Below are positions 12,966-25,189 of a stretch of DNA of 64,000 bases, piece after piece. Each line of letters starts with the position of its first letter. Position 1 is the stretch's first letter. The position numbers were made by a program, and so were the translations under genes. The notes under the pieces were generated by a model, which saw only the letters and a program-made list of their open reading frames with translations, had not been told where the DNA came from and searched no databases. Where the stretch lies: assembly GCF_011745625.1 (NCBI RefSeq), contig NW_027191462.1, positions 496,001-560,000 on the forward strand, read 5' to 3'. Source of the stretch: Cladosporium halotolerans (lineage: Eukaryota).

Positions 12966-13649
12966 ATGGCACGCCGCCGCCGCCCACCTCGGCCAGGTGC
13001 GCTAGCCGACCTCTCGCCTTCGCGCATCCTCAAACAAATGGCCCTCCTGCAGTTCTTCTACTACGGCACGGCTATCATCCTGATCGTCTTCACAACTTTC
13101 GTCGCCGGCCGACACCCCGACACAAAAGCCATTCTTGACTGGCGCGAACTGAGAGGCGACGTGACTACGGGCTGGACTCTGGCTCTCTGCTGGTTACTGG
13201 GTAGTCTGTTAACGTGAGTCGCGCCGTCCCATCCCTTTCCCTGTGCCTTCGGTATTTCGTCCCGCTGACATATGATCGATTGATGCAGTGTTATTCCAAT
13301 CCTCCTCTTAATCGCCCGCTCCAAACTCGTCCCGGACTTTGCCCTCACCATCCACTTCATCCACCTAATCATCACGTCCCTCTACGCCCATGCGATCCCG
13401 GACACGCTCTACTGGTGGCTAGTGCAGGCCGCGTCGGCTGCGCTGATGGTCTCGCTCGGCATGTGGGCGTGTCAGTGGCGCGAGCTTCAGCCCATGGCGT
13501 TTGGCGGGAAGCCGAGCGCGCAGGCTAAGGGGAAACAACAGGACGAGGGAGAGGGGTACGAGATGGGCAGTGTCAGAGGAGCGGGCAGGGACGGAGCTGG
13601 GAGTTATGAGGCTGTTGGGGTTGGCCAGTCAAGCAAAGAGCCTGTATGA
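12966..13649 (+). CDS. SYS1: Golgi integral membrane protein Sys1 (202 aa)
   Basis: Exon1 12966-13213, intron 13214-13288 (GTGAGT...GCTGAC...CAG), exon2 13289-13649. Motifs PSRILKQMALLQFFYY, IARSKLVPDFALTIHFIHL, LGMWACQWRELQPM. Confidence 0.9.
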
Positions 13650-13856
13650 GAGGCCTGAGATTACACGTGGTCATATCGATTTCCACCAGGATCTGCCCGA
13701 CGCCAAATTACCATTACCTCCCCATCGAGGCACCGACAAGCGCGACCCAGATCCCCAGAACGCCGCGCGCATATCCCAGGACGGACGAACGAAACCATCC
13801 ACAGCAAAGAACCCCCTCCCAGGAGGACGCGCCACTTACCACAACCACCACCACCC

Positions 13857-14476
13857 CTACCGACACTCGTACGCAACGACCTCCCGCCCCCCCAACCAAA
13901 ACTTCGACTCCGCATCCGCAAACCTCACCAGCCCATCGCCCCGCCTCACCCTCACGCTCCCCTCCTCCCTCCTCCTCCGCCGCCGCCTCTTGCGCTTCCC
14001 AAACCGCGCCTCCCACTTCTTCTCCGCGTCCGCTTCCGTCCCGTTCACCCGCAGGAACAGCTCGCACTCCACTTCCGCCAGCCGCTCGGGCGTCGCAAGC
14101 GACGGCGAGCTGCGGATTAGCGTCGTTATGCGTGCGGAGTGAGGGTGGAGTGGGAGGGTGGGTGACTCGCCTGTTGGCGTCATGCGTTAGCTGTGGAGCA
14201 GAGAGGGGAAAGGTACGGAGAAGACGGACGCGTTTCCACGCGTTGCCCGAGCGGCAGCCAGGCGTGGGTTACTTCGCGCGCGGACGAGGGGGTTGTGAGC
14301 AGGAGGCCGACGGAGTTGGGGGCTGCGTCGAAGTGTGGTGAGGGGGCGTGTTTGGGGCGGGGCGCTGGCGCTTGCGCTTGCGCTTGGAGGATGTTTTGTT
14401 GTTCGAGGGGTGAGGCCAGCGCGAGCGTGAGCGCGAGAGTAGTGAGGAGGGAGGTGATGCTGAGGCGGAGAGCCAT
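13857..14476 (-). CDS. Small predicted secreted protein of unknown function with a poly-Arg tract (186 aa)
   Basis: Exon1 14476-14230, intron 14229-14171 (GTCCGT...GCTAAC...CAG), exon2 14170-13857. The intron joins two track ORFs in frame. Signal peptide MALRLSITSLLTTLALTLALA-SP; KRKRRRRRRR tract; two Cys. Confidence 0.7.
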
Positions 14477-15084
14477 TGCGCCGGTATGATTTCTCGCAGA
14501 TGCCCTTCCTTGTCAGAGTATCATATATTCCCGGTCAGATGCAGGGGAAAGATATCTGTGCTGCCGTTGTTGCGCATCGAAGATGAAAATGGAACAATGG
14601 CCAGCTGGTGGTCCGCAGGCGTTCGCAGCGTCGCTTCGCTTGGGTGTGGGAGGAATGCAGGCGATCGACCTTCGCGTCCGCGTCCCCTGTGCCTGGAATG
14701 CGGGCCCCTGCTCGACTTGGAGCGGTTGCAGTGGCGATGCTCGTTGCCGAGCAGAAGGAGCCGAGGACTTGGGAGGGAGGTGCGGTCTTAGGGACTTAAG
14801 TAGGCAAGGTAGAGGTCTGAGACTGAGGTCTGCGCAAGATTTTTGATGAGCTTGGTTCATCATTATTGGAGAGAACGTTGCCTTCAGGGAATAGAAGAAT
14901 AGACAGGATAGACAGAGCATTCATTAACAATTTTTCATTGTCACAGTCGTTAATTCATGTATCTCCCTTCCGCTCGCGCATATGCAGTATGTGCATATTT
15001 CGCTCGCGAGCGTCACGGAGTTCTAGGCAGTATGTACATTCAGATCGCACGATATTCACGTTTTATCTCAAGTCATTCCATCGT

Positions 15085-16732
15085 CTAGTAGGCAAAAGTG
15101 TTGATGGACTCGTCGGGGTTCTGGCGGATCTTCTTGTTCGTGCGGATGAGCCAGAACTTCATGACCCAGGCGGCGGACGCGCAGGCTGCGGAGAAGGCGG
15201 CGCTGGAGCTGAGAGCGATGGTGTAGCGGGGCGCGTCAGAGTCCATCCAGAGGTACTGTTGATTTTGAGTCAGCTTGTGATTCGTGGTAAAAAGTGTAAG
15301 CATGGGTTACTCACAGGAGTCCAGATGAAGGATGCGTTGGCAATGGTGTTGACAATGGCGAGAGCTGACGCCTTCTTCTCCTTGGTTTGACCGCAGGTGC
15401 CCGCGACCCAGCCGAGGATGATGGAGTTGACGGCGTAGGTGCCGATGGCGAAGACGACCATGGCGAAATACTTCGCGCCGGTGTTGAGGGTTGCGAACGC
15501 CAGGATGAAACCGAAGATGGCAACAGCTTTCGCGGCGGTGATGTGCCAGGTGCGCTCATTGAACTTGCCGGAACTCCAGGAGTAGGCGATGGAGATGAAG
15601 CCGGCGATGAGGTAGGGCGGGCAGGTAAGGGCGAGGGTGATGGTCTGGTTGAAGCCGAGGGTCTCGACGGCGGTCGGGAAGAAGTTCTTGAAGCCGTTGG
15701 CGGCAAGATGCATGTGCTGCATGAAGGCGAAGAGCCAGAGCTTGGGGTCGGAAGCGGCGGACTTAAGACCAGCGTATGGGCTGACAATGCCCTTCTCGCC
15801 GACGGTGTCGAGGAGAATACGGCTGTTGGCTAGTTGGCGCTCCTCGGGGGTCAACCATTTGGTGTTGAGAGGGTCGTCGGGGAGGACGAAGACGGCAGCG
15901 ATGGCGACGACGAATGTGGCGAGACCTTGGATGATGAACAGCCACTGCCAGCCAGAAAGGCCAGAAGCTCCGTCAAGTTTGAAGATCCCGATTGCAATGA
16001 GGCCGGCGAAGGCGGTCGCGAGGATGTTGCCAGTGTACAGAATCGAGATACGAGTGGCAATCTCTTTGCGGGTGTAGAAGATACTGAGCATGTAGAGAGC
16101 ACCAGGGTACTGCGAAAAGGTTAGCGATTGATCAGCAAGAAAAGAGAGTGCTTAAAACATACGTAAGGAGCCTCAGTGATACCAAGGAAGAAGCGAGTCA
16201 GGAAGAGGCCCTTGAAGTCTTTTGCAATGGCGGTCAAGGTGCTGACAATTGCCCAGAGAGCCATGGCAGAGGACATATACCACGAAGGTCGCAAGCGAGT
16301 GAGAGCCATGTTTGACGGAATCTGCCCAAGGATGTATCCCACAAAGAGGATGGAAACACATGTCTGGTATTGTGTTCCTGACAAGTTGAGGTCTTGTTGG
16401 ATACCGTTGATCTTTGCAAGTGCAATAGCGTTACGGTCAAGGTAGTTCAACCAGTACATCAGCCAAAGCCTAAGAAACGGGTTAGCTGAGGCACCATGCG
16501 TAGGAGGCAAGATGATTACTTACATGGGCATGATCCAACGATCGAGCTTCCTCACGAGGGCAATCTCCTTGGGGTCTGTCTTCTCTTTGGCACCAGAGTA
16601 ATCACCGAGTGCGGCCTTCTCCTTGAGAATCTCTTCATCGTAGATGCTGGTCTGTCTGACGGTGGCCTTCTCGTTGCCGATGTCATCGGCGTTATCGATG
16701 TGCTGGGCACCGGTGTTCTTGTTGGTCGCCAT
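15085..16732 (-). CDS. MFS transporter, anion:cation symporter (Dal5/Tna1 allantoate/nicotinate permease-like) family (493 aa)
   Basis: Exons 16732-16524, 16469-16163, 16109-15315, 15255-15085, all GT-AG and in frame. Motifs LVRKLDRWIMPMLWLMYWLNYLDRNAIA, RFFLGITEAPYYPG, LSGWQWLFIIQG, LPDDP...WLTPEER. Confidence 0.93.
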
Positions 16733-19700
16733 GTCGATATCGATTGCTTGTCGTTGTAGATGAACAAGGAGATGTCACAGTTGAGAGGGCGATGTCTCTT
16801 GAGGATCTTGCTCCTTGGAGAGGTGATGAGAGGTGCTTTATAGTGGGCCTTCCTTGCCCTCAAAGTCTCTCTGCAGCTCAAACAACACAAGGTCTCTGCT
16901 CCATCGTCAGAGACGCTAGGCTCCGCATTATTGTCGGACGGTAATGCTCCACTGGCGGCCCTGGAGCTGGACGTCCAATCGAAAGCGTCGTGGCTGACCA
17001 GGACGGTTGACGCATTCTCGCCCAGCTCTCGCCCGAGCCTCTTTCGCACGCCTTCAGGTCTCCGTGTCCAAGCCCTTAGCTCCCTTCCCCAGGCCACCCC
17101 AGGCTTGCCAAGGGACGTGGGGAGCGGAGATCGCGTTGTGCAGAGATGTAAGATGCCAATGTGGTCGAGCTTTTCCAAGACTAGTCTCCGCTCTCGCCAA
17201 GCTAAGGCGCAGAAACCTGGGGTGCCGGTACTTGCCTGGACTGGCCTGCCGACTGGTTCACGCGTCAACCCCATGGGAAAAACGATTAGCGTCTCGTGTG
17301 CGCTCCACTCCCCAGACGCTGATCGAGAGCGCCACGTGAAGGACGTGCGTGCAGGCCCAGCTCTCACCCGCATTGTCTGCCAATCGCGCGAGGCCGCTTT
17401 GTTTCGCAGGGCACGAGCCAAGTGTGCCAATGTACGCCTCCGACTATCGAAGAGCGGCAAGCCTGCTTGGTCCACGCAGTGTAACGAAGTCCCTCAAACT
17501 CTTGTTGCCGCCCACAGACCTGGCGAGGGGTAACTCAATCACGTCCGAAGCTTTCATCTCACCATTGGCGATATTAAGCCGGAGAGGCAGAGAGCGTGGG
17601 TGTCCGGTACATTCTCACGAGTAGCCGGACAGAAGTCCAGCCACAGTATACGGAAACCCTCGTGTCCCCGGCTTCAACTGGCATGGGCTAGACTGCGGTG
17701 GCAAGGAATAGCGCCATGTGAGAGGGAGAGGGGGTCTCTCGTGCACGTAGCCCCACCAACGAACAGTCCTTGGTGCACGTAGCTCCACCGGCGGACAGTC
17801 CATGATGTGCTTATGAGCACTCTCGAGTGCCGGATAGCGTTGGCACCGGCGGTCGAGAATGCGGAAAACGGATGTCACTTGCGCAATATTCCGGGCGACG
17901 GTCCGGATGCGAGCTGCGGCCCGTGTGGCCGGCTACAAACCTTGGTTGAATTATTTGATGCTGCTGCGCCTCCTGATTCTCCCGAAACGTTGATCGAGAG
18001 TTCGGCCAGAGAACCGGAATGCGTGAGTTCAGCCTTGCGCAGGATCTGAGGGGTCTAGTCGCCGACGAAAGTGGCTGGTCTTGACGATGTGTTCGTGGTG
18101 GTCAGCGGCCATTGGTGTCGAAGGAGCAGACGATTTCACGCGCCGGACAGAGCGCTGCCAACGAGAGACTCGACGTTTTCCGGGGAACGCACGTGGGCAT
18201 TCTTCAGAACGATTTGCTGATCGCGTCGCGCTCGCCCCACTCACTGTTCCCTTCTCCACGCGCCTTTCCGACTACACTCATCCACACCCAGCGCGCCCTG
18301 CGAGTACATCCAAATCGACCTCCGATGACTGCGAAGTATATAACCAGAGAATGTCAAATACCTGCCAGCCCACATTCCCCAATGCTCATCGCCTCTTTCT
18401 GCATCTCTCTAACCCCCTTCGCATGCATATCGACTAACATGGCTCACCCTCATAAAGCCTTCCTTGGCTCCCCTGGGCATCGCGATGGCCGGTTAATGCA
18501 TCGCAGATGATGCTACGACGACGTTATGACCTTACGGGGACATACATGGCTTGCCGAAACTTTTGGACCTGTCACTGCAACCGCGATGTTGATCACACGA
18601 TGTCCGCCATAGGGCGACGATAGACTCTGCAGCATCGAAAAAATACCTGCTTGCCTCCCACATCGAGCGCACAACGTGGCGTCTATCACCACCCGAAAGT
18701 TACCGTCAGCTCTCGAAGAAAGCCAAAAAGGTATAAGCATACGGGCTGAGAAAGTAACGACCTCACCCGGCCTCCGCATCTACTTCTGTCCTGGCAAGGA
18801 CGAACGAGATGCCGACAGCCCAAGCTTACGCCACCATCTGCGGGAAATTGCCCTGCGCTCCGGCTTCCTGAAAGACCCGGGTACTGGACTGGGCTTTCAA
18901 TATCCGTGTCGACGTTCTAGATCCTGGACAATAGAATGTCCTTGCTTGAGAAAGCAACAAGTTACAAAGGCGCATGCATCACAGCTCGCCTCTTTTCTCC
19001 TGAAGCTGGCTCACAAGACGGACACCATGCTTCCCCGATTTGAGCTCGGCTGGCGCATCCACGAGAGAAAGAGCAAAAGAAATGTGGATCGTATTTCGAT
19101 AGTCCGATCGGACACGGTACGGATTAGTAACATTATTGATGCCGGCGCGACCTTTTGCCCAGCTCTCACCGTGCCTCAGGCAACAACAGAGGAGCCTCTA
19201 TCGACATTCTTGGGCACGCGACTCAACCATAATGCTTGCTCAGATGATGTGTCTGCGCAGCGCTCAAGCTAACGTGCCTAGGCTGTTCGTCTAACATCAA
19301 GAACTCCTGGACACTTTAAAGGCGTGGCGGAGCGGCGCCATCACGTGATCATGGACATGTGACTTTCTATACAAACCACATCACCTTGTACGCGCGTCTA
19401 TGCTAAGGCAGAAGGAAGGCGACGTGCCAGTAACTCTGGCAAGCACTGAAACGACAGTCATCTACGTGTCAGACAGACGGCAGTCATCTGAGCGACATGA
19501 TATCCTTCCGATATATGGAGCAATGCCTCTTCAACTAGAGATTTAGGAGCGGAGGAAATTCTTCCAACGTATCTTCGACGTCGTATGCAATTGCTCACCT
19601 TGCTCGTGTCAGCAGCATCGCAACATACGACGTCACACAAATCATGAATTAGACAAATGCGAAACATCACCACGGAGCACGTGAACAGAAAGATCGAACG

Positions 19701-19836
19701 AAAAGACGAATGGAAATGGACATATCCATCATTTACAACACTACACGAAATCCCCACATTAAGCGCGAACGCACAAACTCAACCAACGCACCGACCGAGC
19801 CAGCAGCAAACGCCACGGCCCGACCAAAAGACTGCG

Positions 19837-21795
19837 TTAGAAGAACTTGCTCAGCACACGCCTCCACACCGGCCAGCTAGCCTCGCGAGCGCGCTGCTTG
19901 TTGATCACCTCCCAGTCGAACTCGCGGCGGCCGGAGTCAACGTCAATGTCCGCGAGCTTCTTCCAGGCAGAGCGCTTCCAGACCCAACCGATGACGTAGA
20001 AGAGCAGCACGACGAAGAAGGCGAGGTAGGATTTGAAGAAATCCTCGGCGGAAAGGGGTGCGACGGCGGTGTAGAACTGAGAGGGGGTGTTAGTGCGGAG
20101 TTTTGGCGAGCTGGGTGTGAGGGTTAAACCATACCTGAGCAATGAGGACCAGCACGACGAGGCCGAGACCGAGCCACGAGCCCCAGACGCCGAAGATGGC
20201 CTTGAAGGGCAGCTCGTCGAGGGTGTGGCCGTGGTAAGCCCAAGCGTTGCGGAAGCGGATGTGCGCGAAGCAGATGCTGCCCCAGGTGAAGAGAGCAGCG
20301 AGACCGGACAGAGACAGGAGCCAGTCGAAGGCGACGGTACCGCCGGTGGATAGGGTCATGTAGGCCAGCGGGGACCAGGCGATGATTGCGAGGGTGGCCC
20401 ACAGCGGGCGGCCGGCGCGGTCGACGTATGTGAAAAACTTGGGCGCGTAGCCCTGCTCGGCGAGCGCGGTGAGCGTGCGGGAGCCACCGTATACACCGGA
20501 GAGACCGATGGAGACGACCGAGAACATGATGACGACGTTGGTGAAGTGGGCGAAACCGATAACGCCGGCGCGCTCGGCGACGATGACGAAGGGAGAGGCG
20601 GTCACGTCGACGTAACCGCTACCAAGCAGGCGCTCGTCGTCGTGGGGAATGAGAAGACCGACGAAGGTCAGGGAGAGGATGTAAAAGAGGGTGATACGCC
20701 AGAACACCTGCTTGATGGCGGACGGGAGCGACCTGGTGGGGTTCTCGGACTCGGCGGCGGCGAGACCGACAAGCTCAGTACCGGAGAAGGAGAAGGCGGC
20801 AGTGACGAAGACACCGCAGAATCCAACGAAGGTGGTGAACGCGCCGGGGTTTTGCCATGTCTTTCCACCTTGGTAATCGGAGAACCTGCGATTGATGTCA
20901 GTGTCTGCGGGATTCGAGGAAACATTGAAGTGTGCGCTTACTCTCCGTTCGAGGGGCCGCCACCGCAGACGAAGATCACGCCCATGAATAGGAAGACGAT
21001 GATCGTGGTCAGCTTCAGCAGGGACACCCAGAACTCTTCTTCAGCGTATCCGAGGACACCGAAAACAGAGATTAAGATGATGACAACCATGAAGATGGTG
21101 ATCCAGACGGCAAGGTGCACGCCTGATGCACCCTCCCACCACTGCACTGTCAAACCAGCAACGACAAGTTCTAGCGGAAGCACGATAGCCTAAAGATATC
21201 AGCCGACGGTCCATCGTTATCAACCTCTCCGCGGACACTGACCCATTGGAAGACGTAATTCCAGCCCATTGCGAAACCCCAGGACGGATCGATGAAGCGG
21301 ACGGAATAGGTGTAGAAACCACCAGAGATCGGGTACATCATAGCCAGTTCACCGAGAGCGTACACGACGTTGAACATCATCTATCTCCTTGTCAGCGCAA
21401 ATGTTCTGGAACGATCGCAATTCAATCCGCAACCGACTTACGATACCGATGATAGAGAAACAGATCAGGAGAGCAGCGGGACCACCTCTGCTGAGGGCAC
21501 TACCAGAGCCAACGAAGAGACCAGCGCCGATACTGCCACCAATGGCAATCATGTTCAAGTGTCTGCTTTTCAAGGTCTTGTTGAGCTGGTTGTGCTTGTC
21601 GGCGAGCGTACGGCGCTTAAAGGAGTCGGGTGTCACACCGAGGCGCGTCAAAAACGGCGGCCTCTCGGTGTCGTAGTATTCGCCATTGGTGTGCGACGGC
21701 GACTGCGCAAGAGGGCTATCAAGGCCTTTGACCTCAGCATCAACTGCTTTCTGGGCACCCGTCTCGGGATCGGTATAGGTGTTGTAGGTCGCCAT
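19837..21795 (-). CDS. Amino-acid permease, APC superfamily YAT family (Gap1-like) (576 aa)
   Basis: Exons 21795-21442, 21380-21243, 21189-20942, 20885-20135, 20076-19837, all GT-AG and in frame. Motifs LKSRHLNMIAIGGSIGAGLFVGSG, RFIDPSWGFAMGWNY, AAFSFSGTELVGLAAAE, IDVDSGRR. Confidence 0.95.
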
Positions 21796-22222
21796 GCCAG
21801 GCGAAAAGGGCGACTGCCGGAAAAAGTGCTGGAGAAGTTATGAACGTCCGCGTCCACTCGCCATCTGCACGAGGTGCCAAAGGAGTTTATAACGCGTCTC
21901 TGTACACTCCATGACCCTCCTCGGTGTACCACGCCTGGAACCTGGGTTCCGCCGGCCAAGCAAGTCCGGCTTGACACCAAGGCCTTGGCCCGCGGTCTCT
22001 TGAGACCTGACCATGAACTAACTGCCTATCCGCGTTAGGTTTTTCTTGGTACCGCCCGTCGCCATGAATTCGAGAAGGCACTCCACGCGAGGAGGGAGGC
22101 CCGTTCTGCGACGGTCGCCCGCGTGCGCACCACTAACGCTCTCTCTCCAGCCTGCAATCTGTGGAGGCCAAGATCCACATCGCTCGTACCCTCCAGACGA
22201 CGGCCCATGCGCGTCCCTGCAC

Positions 22223-22270
22223 TGATAAGGCTGTCCAAACACAGCGGTCGTCGCCACCCTCTTCTGATAA
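22223..22270. promoter_or_regulatory. Paired GATAA sites upstream of the amino-acid permease
   Basis: TGATAA at 22223 and 22265, about 430-470 bp upstream of the ATG. A minus-strand TATAAA lies at 21891-21886. Confidence 0.4.
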
Positions 22271-24351
22271 CACACTACAACCGCCAGCGAGAGTCGTCTT
22301 TGCTGCTCGTTGGTATCTCTACCAAGGGCCAACGCGGTCTTGGCCATACAACGAGGCTGCTGATTTCGCCTTGTGCCGACGGCGGATATTCAGGGCCTTG
22401 GTAAGAGGCGCTCCCTTTGACTTTGGTTTGTATCGCGAATAGGCGAGTGCCTCTCGTCGCTGCTGCACCCGTTAAACCCCCGCACGCGCTGCGCTGATCC
22501 GGGGCCGGCGGCTGCGGCTCTGTTCATGTGTAAGAAAAACTCCAACAACCGCCATTTGAGTTTATGCGTGACTATCCTCTACCGGCGTACCGTTTCGCCT
22601 TGACCGCGCAAGCGTGCTTGTCGCGACTCAAGCCTCTGCATCTGGCCGCATATCGCTCACCTGTGCTGCTCATCCCCGCCGACATGTTGGCCCTACCAAG
22701 CTTCATCTCGGCTATACATCGCTGCTAAGATACAGGCGATGTCGACGTTGTCAATCCCGTGACTAAAGGGCTGGCAGCGAGCGTGCGCCGCACGCCAGAA
22801 GGCGAGCGCCAGAGATTAGAGTGGCGCTCCAGATCACCCCAGTTTCCGCCTGCGATAGCGTTCCCGCCGGCACAGCCGAAGGATCTCTCCGCCAGTGACA
22901 TAGCGGCGAACCTTCACTGCCAGAGACCTGCGCCGGGCTGTGCTGCGCTTCTTCGGCAGCCTTCCCCAAACAGGTGTTGCCTCCGTCGCTCTCATGCAAC
23001 TGCTGCAAGTTGCAACCCCCCCATGCGAGAAGATATGCGCTCAGCGTAACATCAACCTCGCGTCTTGTCACGCTTGTTTGACCCTTCCCATTGGCATGTC
23101 CCGGTCCAAGACCATGTGGCATGCATATGGCCAAGACGTCTTCGCGACCTTCTGACTGCAGATCCAAGACTGATGTGCCATTACGCCCGCGGCCTATCAC
23201 TCTTCGCGGACGGGTGTAAGAGCCGAGGTGTCGGTTTGTCGCGTGATGTGGCGCGTCTTCAGCAAGACGCGACTCGGGAATGGGACCGAGTCTGTAAAGT
23301 GGCCACTTCAAGATTCGCGTACCCCGATGGCGAACCTCGTCCATCACCCCAAGCAGGACCGCTCTATTTCGCACCGTGAAGTATCACGTGCTGCCCACAG
23401 AACCGGTCCGGGATACCTCACGTATCAACCCCTCGCTTACACCGCCGCGCCCGCGCATTCGCAAGTAAGTGAGGCATATAATATTACTTCCATCCATCCT
23501 TTACCGCAACAGCGGCTCCAGACGCGCGACCGTTTGGTCACGCCTTGGCTTTCTCACACGCACGCGGGCCTGGAATTGATAAGTCATGCCCAGACATCCG
23601 CAGGAGCTATATACAGCGCGGCCAAGAGGCTTCGCGGCTCGATGCAGAAGGTGGTTGGAGATATGCTCGGATCCTTCGTTATTGCTTTCGCTTCGCTGAA
23701 TGATGAGTGGTTAGATGAACGGGGAATGTCGTCCCTTCGAATGTTGTCGTCTGACGGCCATGAAGGTGTTTGTCCTGACCGCAACTGACGTTGCGCCTTG
23801 GGCCGGGTCTGCCGCCGGCCTAAGTGACTCGCTGTATGGATCATGCATGGAAGAGCGGGAGGCGGCCTTCCATACGACATCTGGCAGGTTGGTTCCTAGC
23901 GGCCTGGTGGGCGCGGCTGATGCTTGTGCAGATCCGAGATTGGTTGCGTGCAGTATAGGGATGATAAGAAGGGTAAGCGGGCTCTCGTGCGCAATCGCTG
24001 ACAAGCTTGCCTGAGACGGGTATAGGCAAGGTCAGTGGGCTGAATGAGCCGTGCGGACGCGAAGGTCCGTTCCTTATTGTGCTATGTGTTGCTATCATCG
24101 TATTGGTCCCCCTTGTGGATGGATGGAACGAAAACGTACAGCCTGTCTCGAGCGGTTGCAGTGTCGGCTCTGGCCACTTGATCAACCGCATACTAATCAC
24201 GACAGTTTAATTTCAGAGCTCCGGCGACATGCAGGATCACAGCATAGAAATCCCATCTTGCATTGAAGAAATCTTCAAGGAATACTTTCTGATGAATACC
24301 GCGTCCTATCACTACAACTGCGAGCACTTCCCAAGCAAGCGTCTTCTCCAA

Positions 24352-25026
24352 TCAGTATCCTCGAAGATGCTTCCTTCGCTCCGCCCTCCGTTGACGAGAC
24401 GTCATGCCTCTCGTCCTCATTCTCGACCTATTACTATCGCCAGTCGGAAGGTTTCGTCCATCTTCCGAAGGCACACGCTGAACTTCGCCGCAGTGACTCA
24501 ACTTGACCTTCTTCGCTGATCTCTCTGCCCCTTCCCCATCGTCATCACATTCCCGACCATGGCTTGTCGCCTCTCTTTTCCTTTTCAATCTCTCGTGCTG
24601 GGAGTACGGCGGTGGAAACGCTGGTCTTGGGTTTGCATGCATGTGCAGGTGGACTTCGATTTTGCATTCAGCGAGGTCGAGGTTGTTGCCGGTGCCGAAG
24701 AAGTGGGAGAGAAGTTGAGCTAGCTCTGGTCGTTCTGGTCCCTGGTTCACTTCTGGAGGTTCGGAGCTAGAGGCAGTGCTGCCTGCGTATGCATATGATT
24801 GTAGTGCCTTCGTTGTCGGCTTGGACTCCTGATCGCGATCTGATTGATGGGACGCTAATGGCGGGTTTGGTTCGTGACGCGATACTGTGGTCTTCAGACT
24901 CGGGGTCGGAGGTTTATTGAGCCGATTGACGAGCGGTCGAAGGCAGGAGGGTGGTGATGGCATTCGAGGTTGACGGGAGATGTCGGGGCTGAAGTGTTGA
25001 ATGGATGGCGGCTGGGGTTGGTACAT
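24352..25026 (-). CDS. Hypothetical orphan protein (224 aa), Pro/Ser-rich with basic NLS-like clusters
   Basis: ATG-initiated ORF in otherwise empty space with TATAAAT just upstream; LKRKRE...SAKKVK and RQRRAERRK clusters. No family recognised. Confidence 0.45.
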   Translation of the reverse strand: MYQPQPPSIQHFSPDISRQPRMPSPPSCLRPLVNRLNKPPTPSLKTTVSRHEPNPPLASHQSDRDQESKPTTKALQSYAYAGSTASSSEPPEVNQGPERPELAQLLSHFFGTGNNLDLAECKIEVHLHMHANPRPAFPPPYSQHERLKRKREATSHGRECDDDGEGAERSAKKVKLSHCGEVQRVPSEDGRNLPTGDSNRSRMRTRGMTSRQRRAERRKHLRGY

Positions 25027-25189
25027 CTTTGCGCTTTGATTTTATAGCCTTCGTAATGATATATCTCGCGGTATTTCCTGCATCCTCTAAATGAGATATC
25101 AATCTCCCGGTCATATCATCGCCAGAGCAAACGACTTTCACGGTCTTCTATCACTCCCCTCGCGCTTGCTTCCTGTCATAGAGTTTCCC

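Noticed and set aside
21838..21864. 8-codon uORF upstream of the amino-acid permease
   Set aside because: Its ATG is only about 22 nt from the TATA box and probably upstream of the TSS.
22440..24300. Several 70-200 aa ORFs in the gap upstream of the permease
   Set aside because: No codon bias, domain or splice structure; treated as intergenic.
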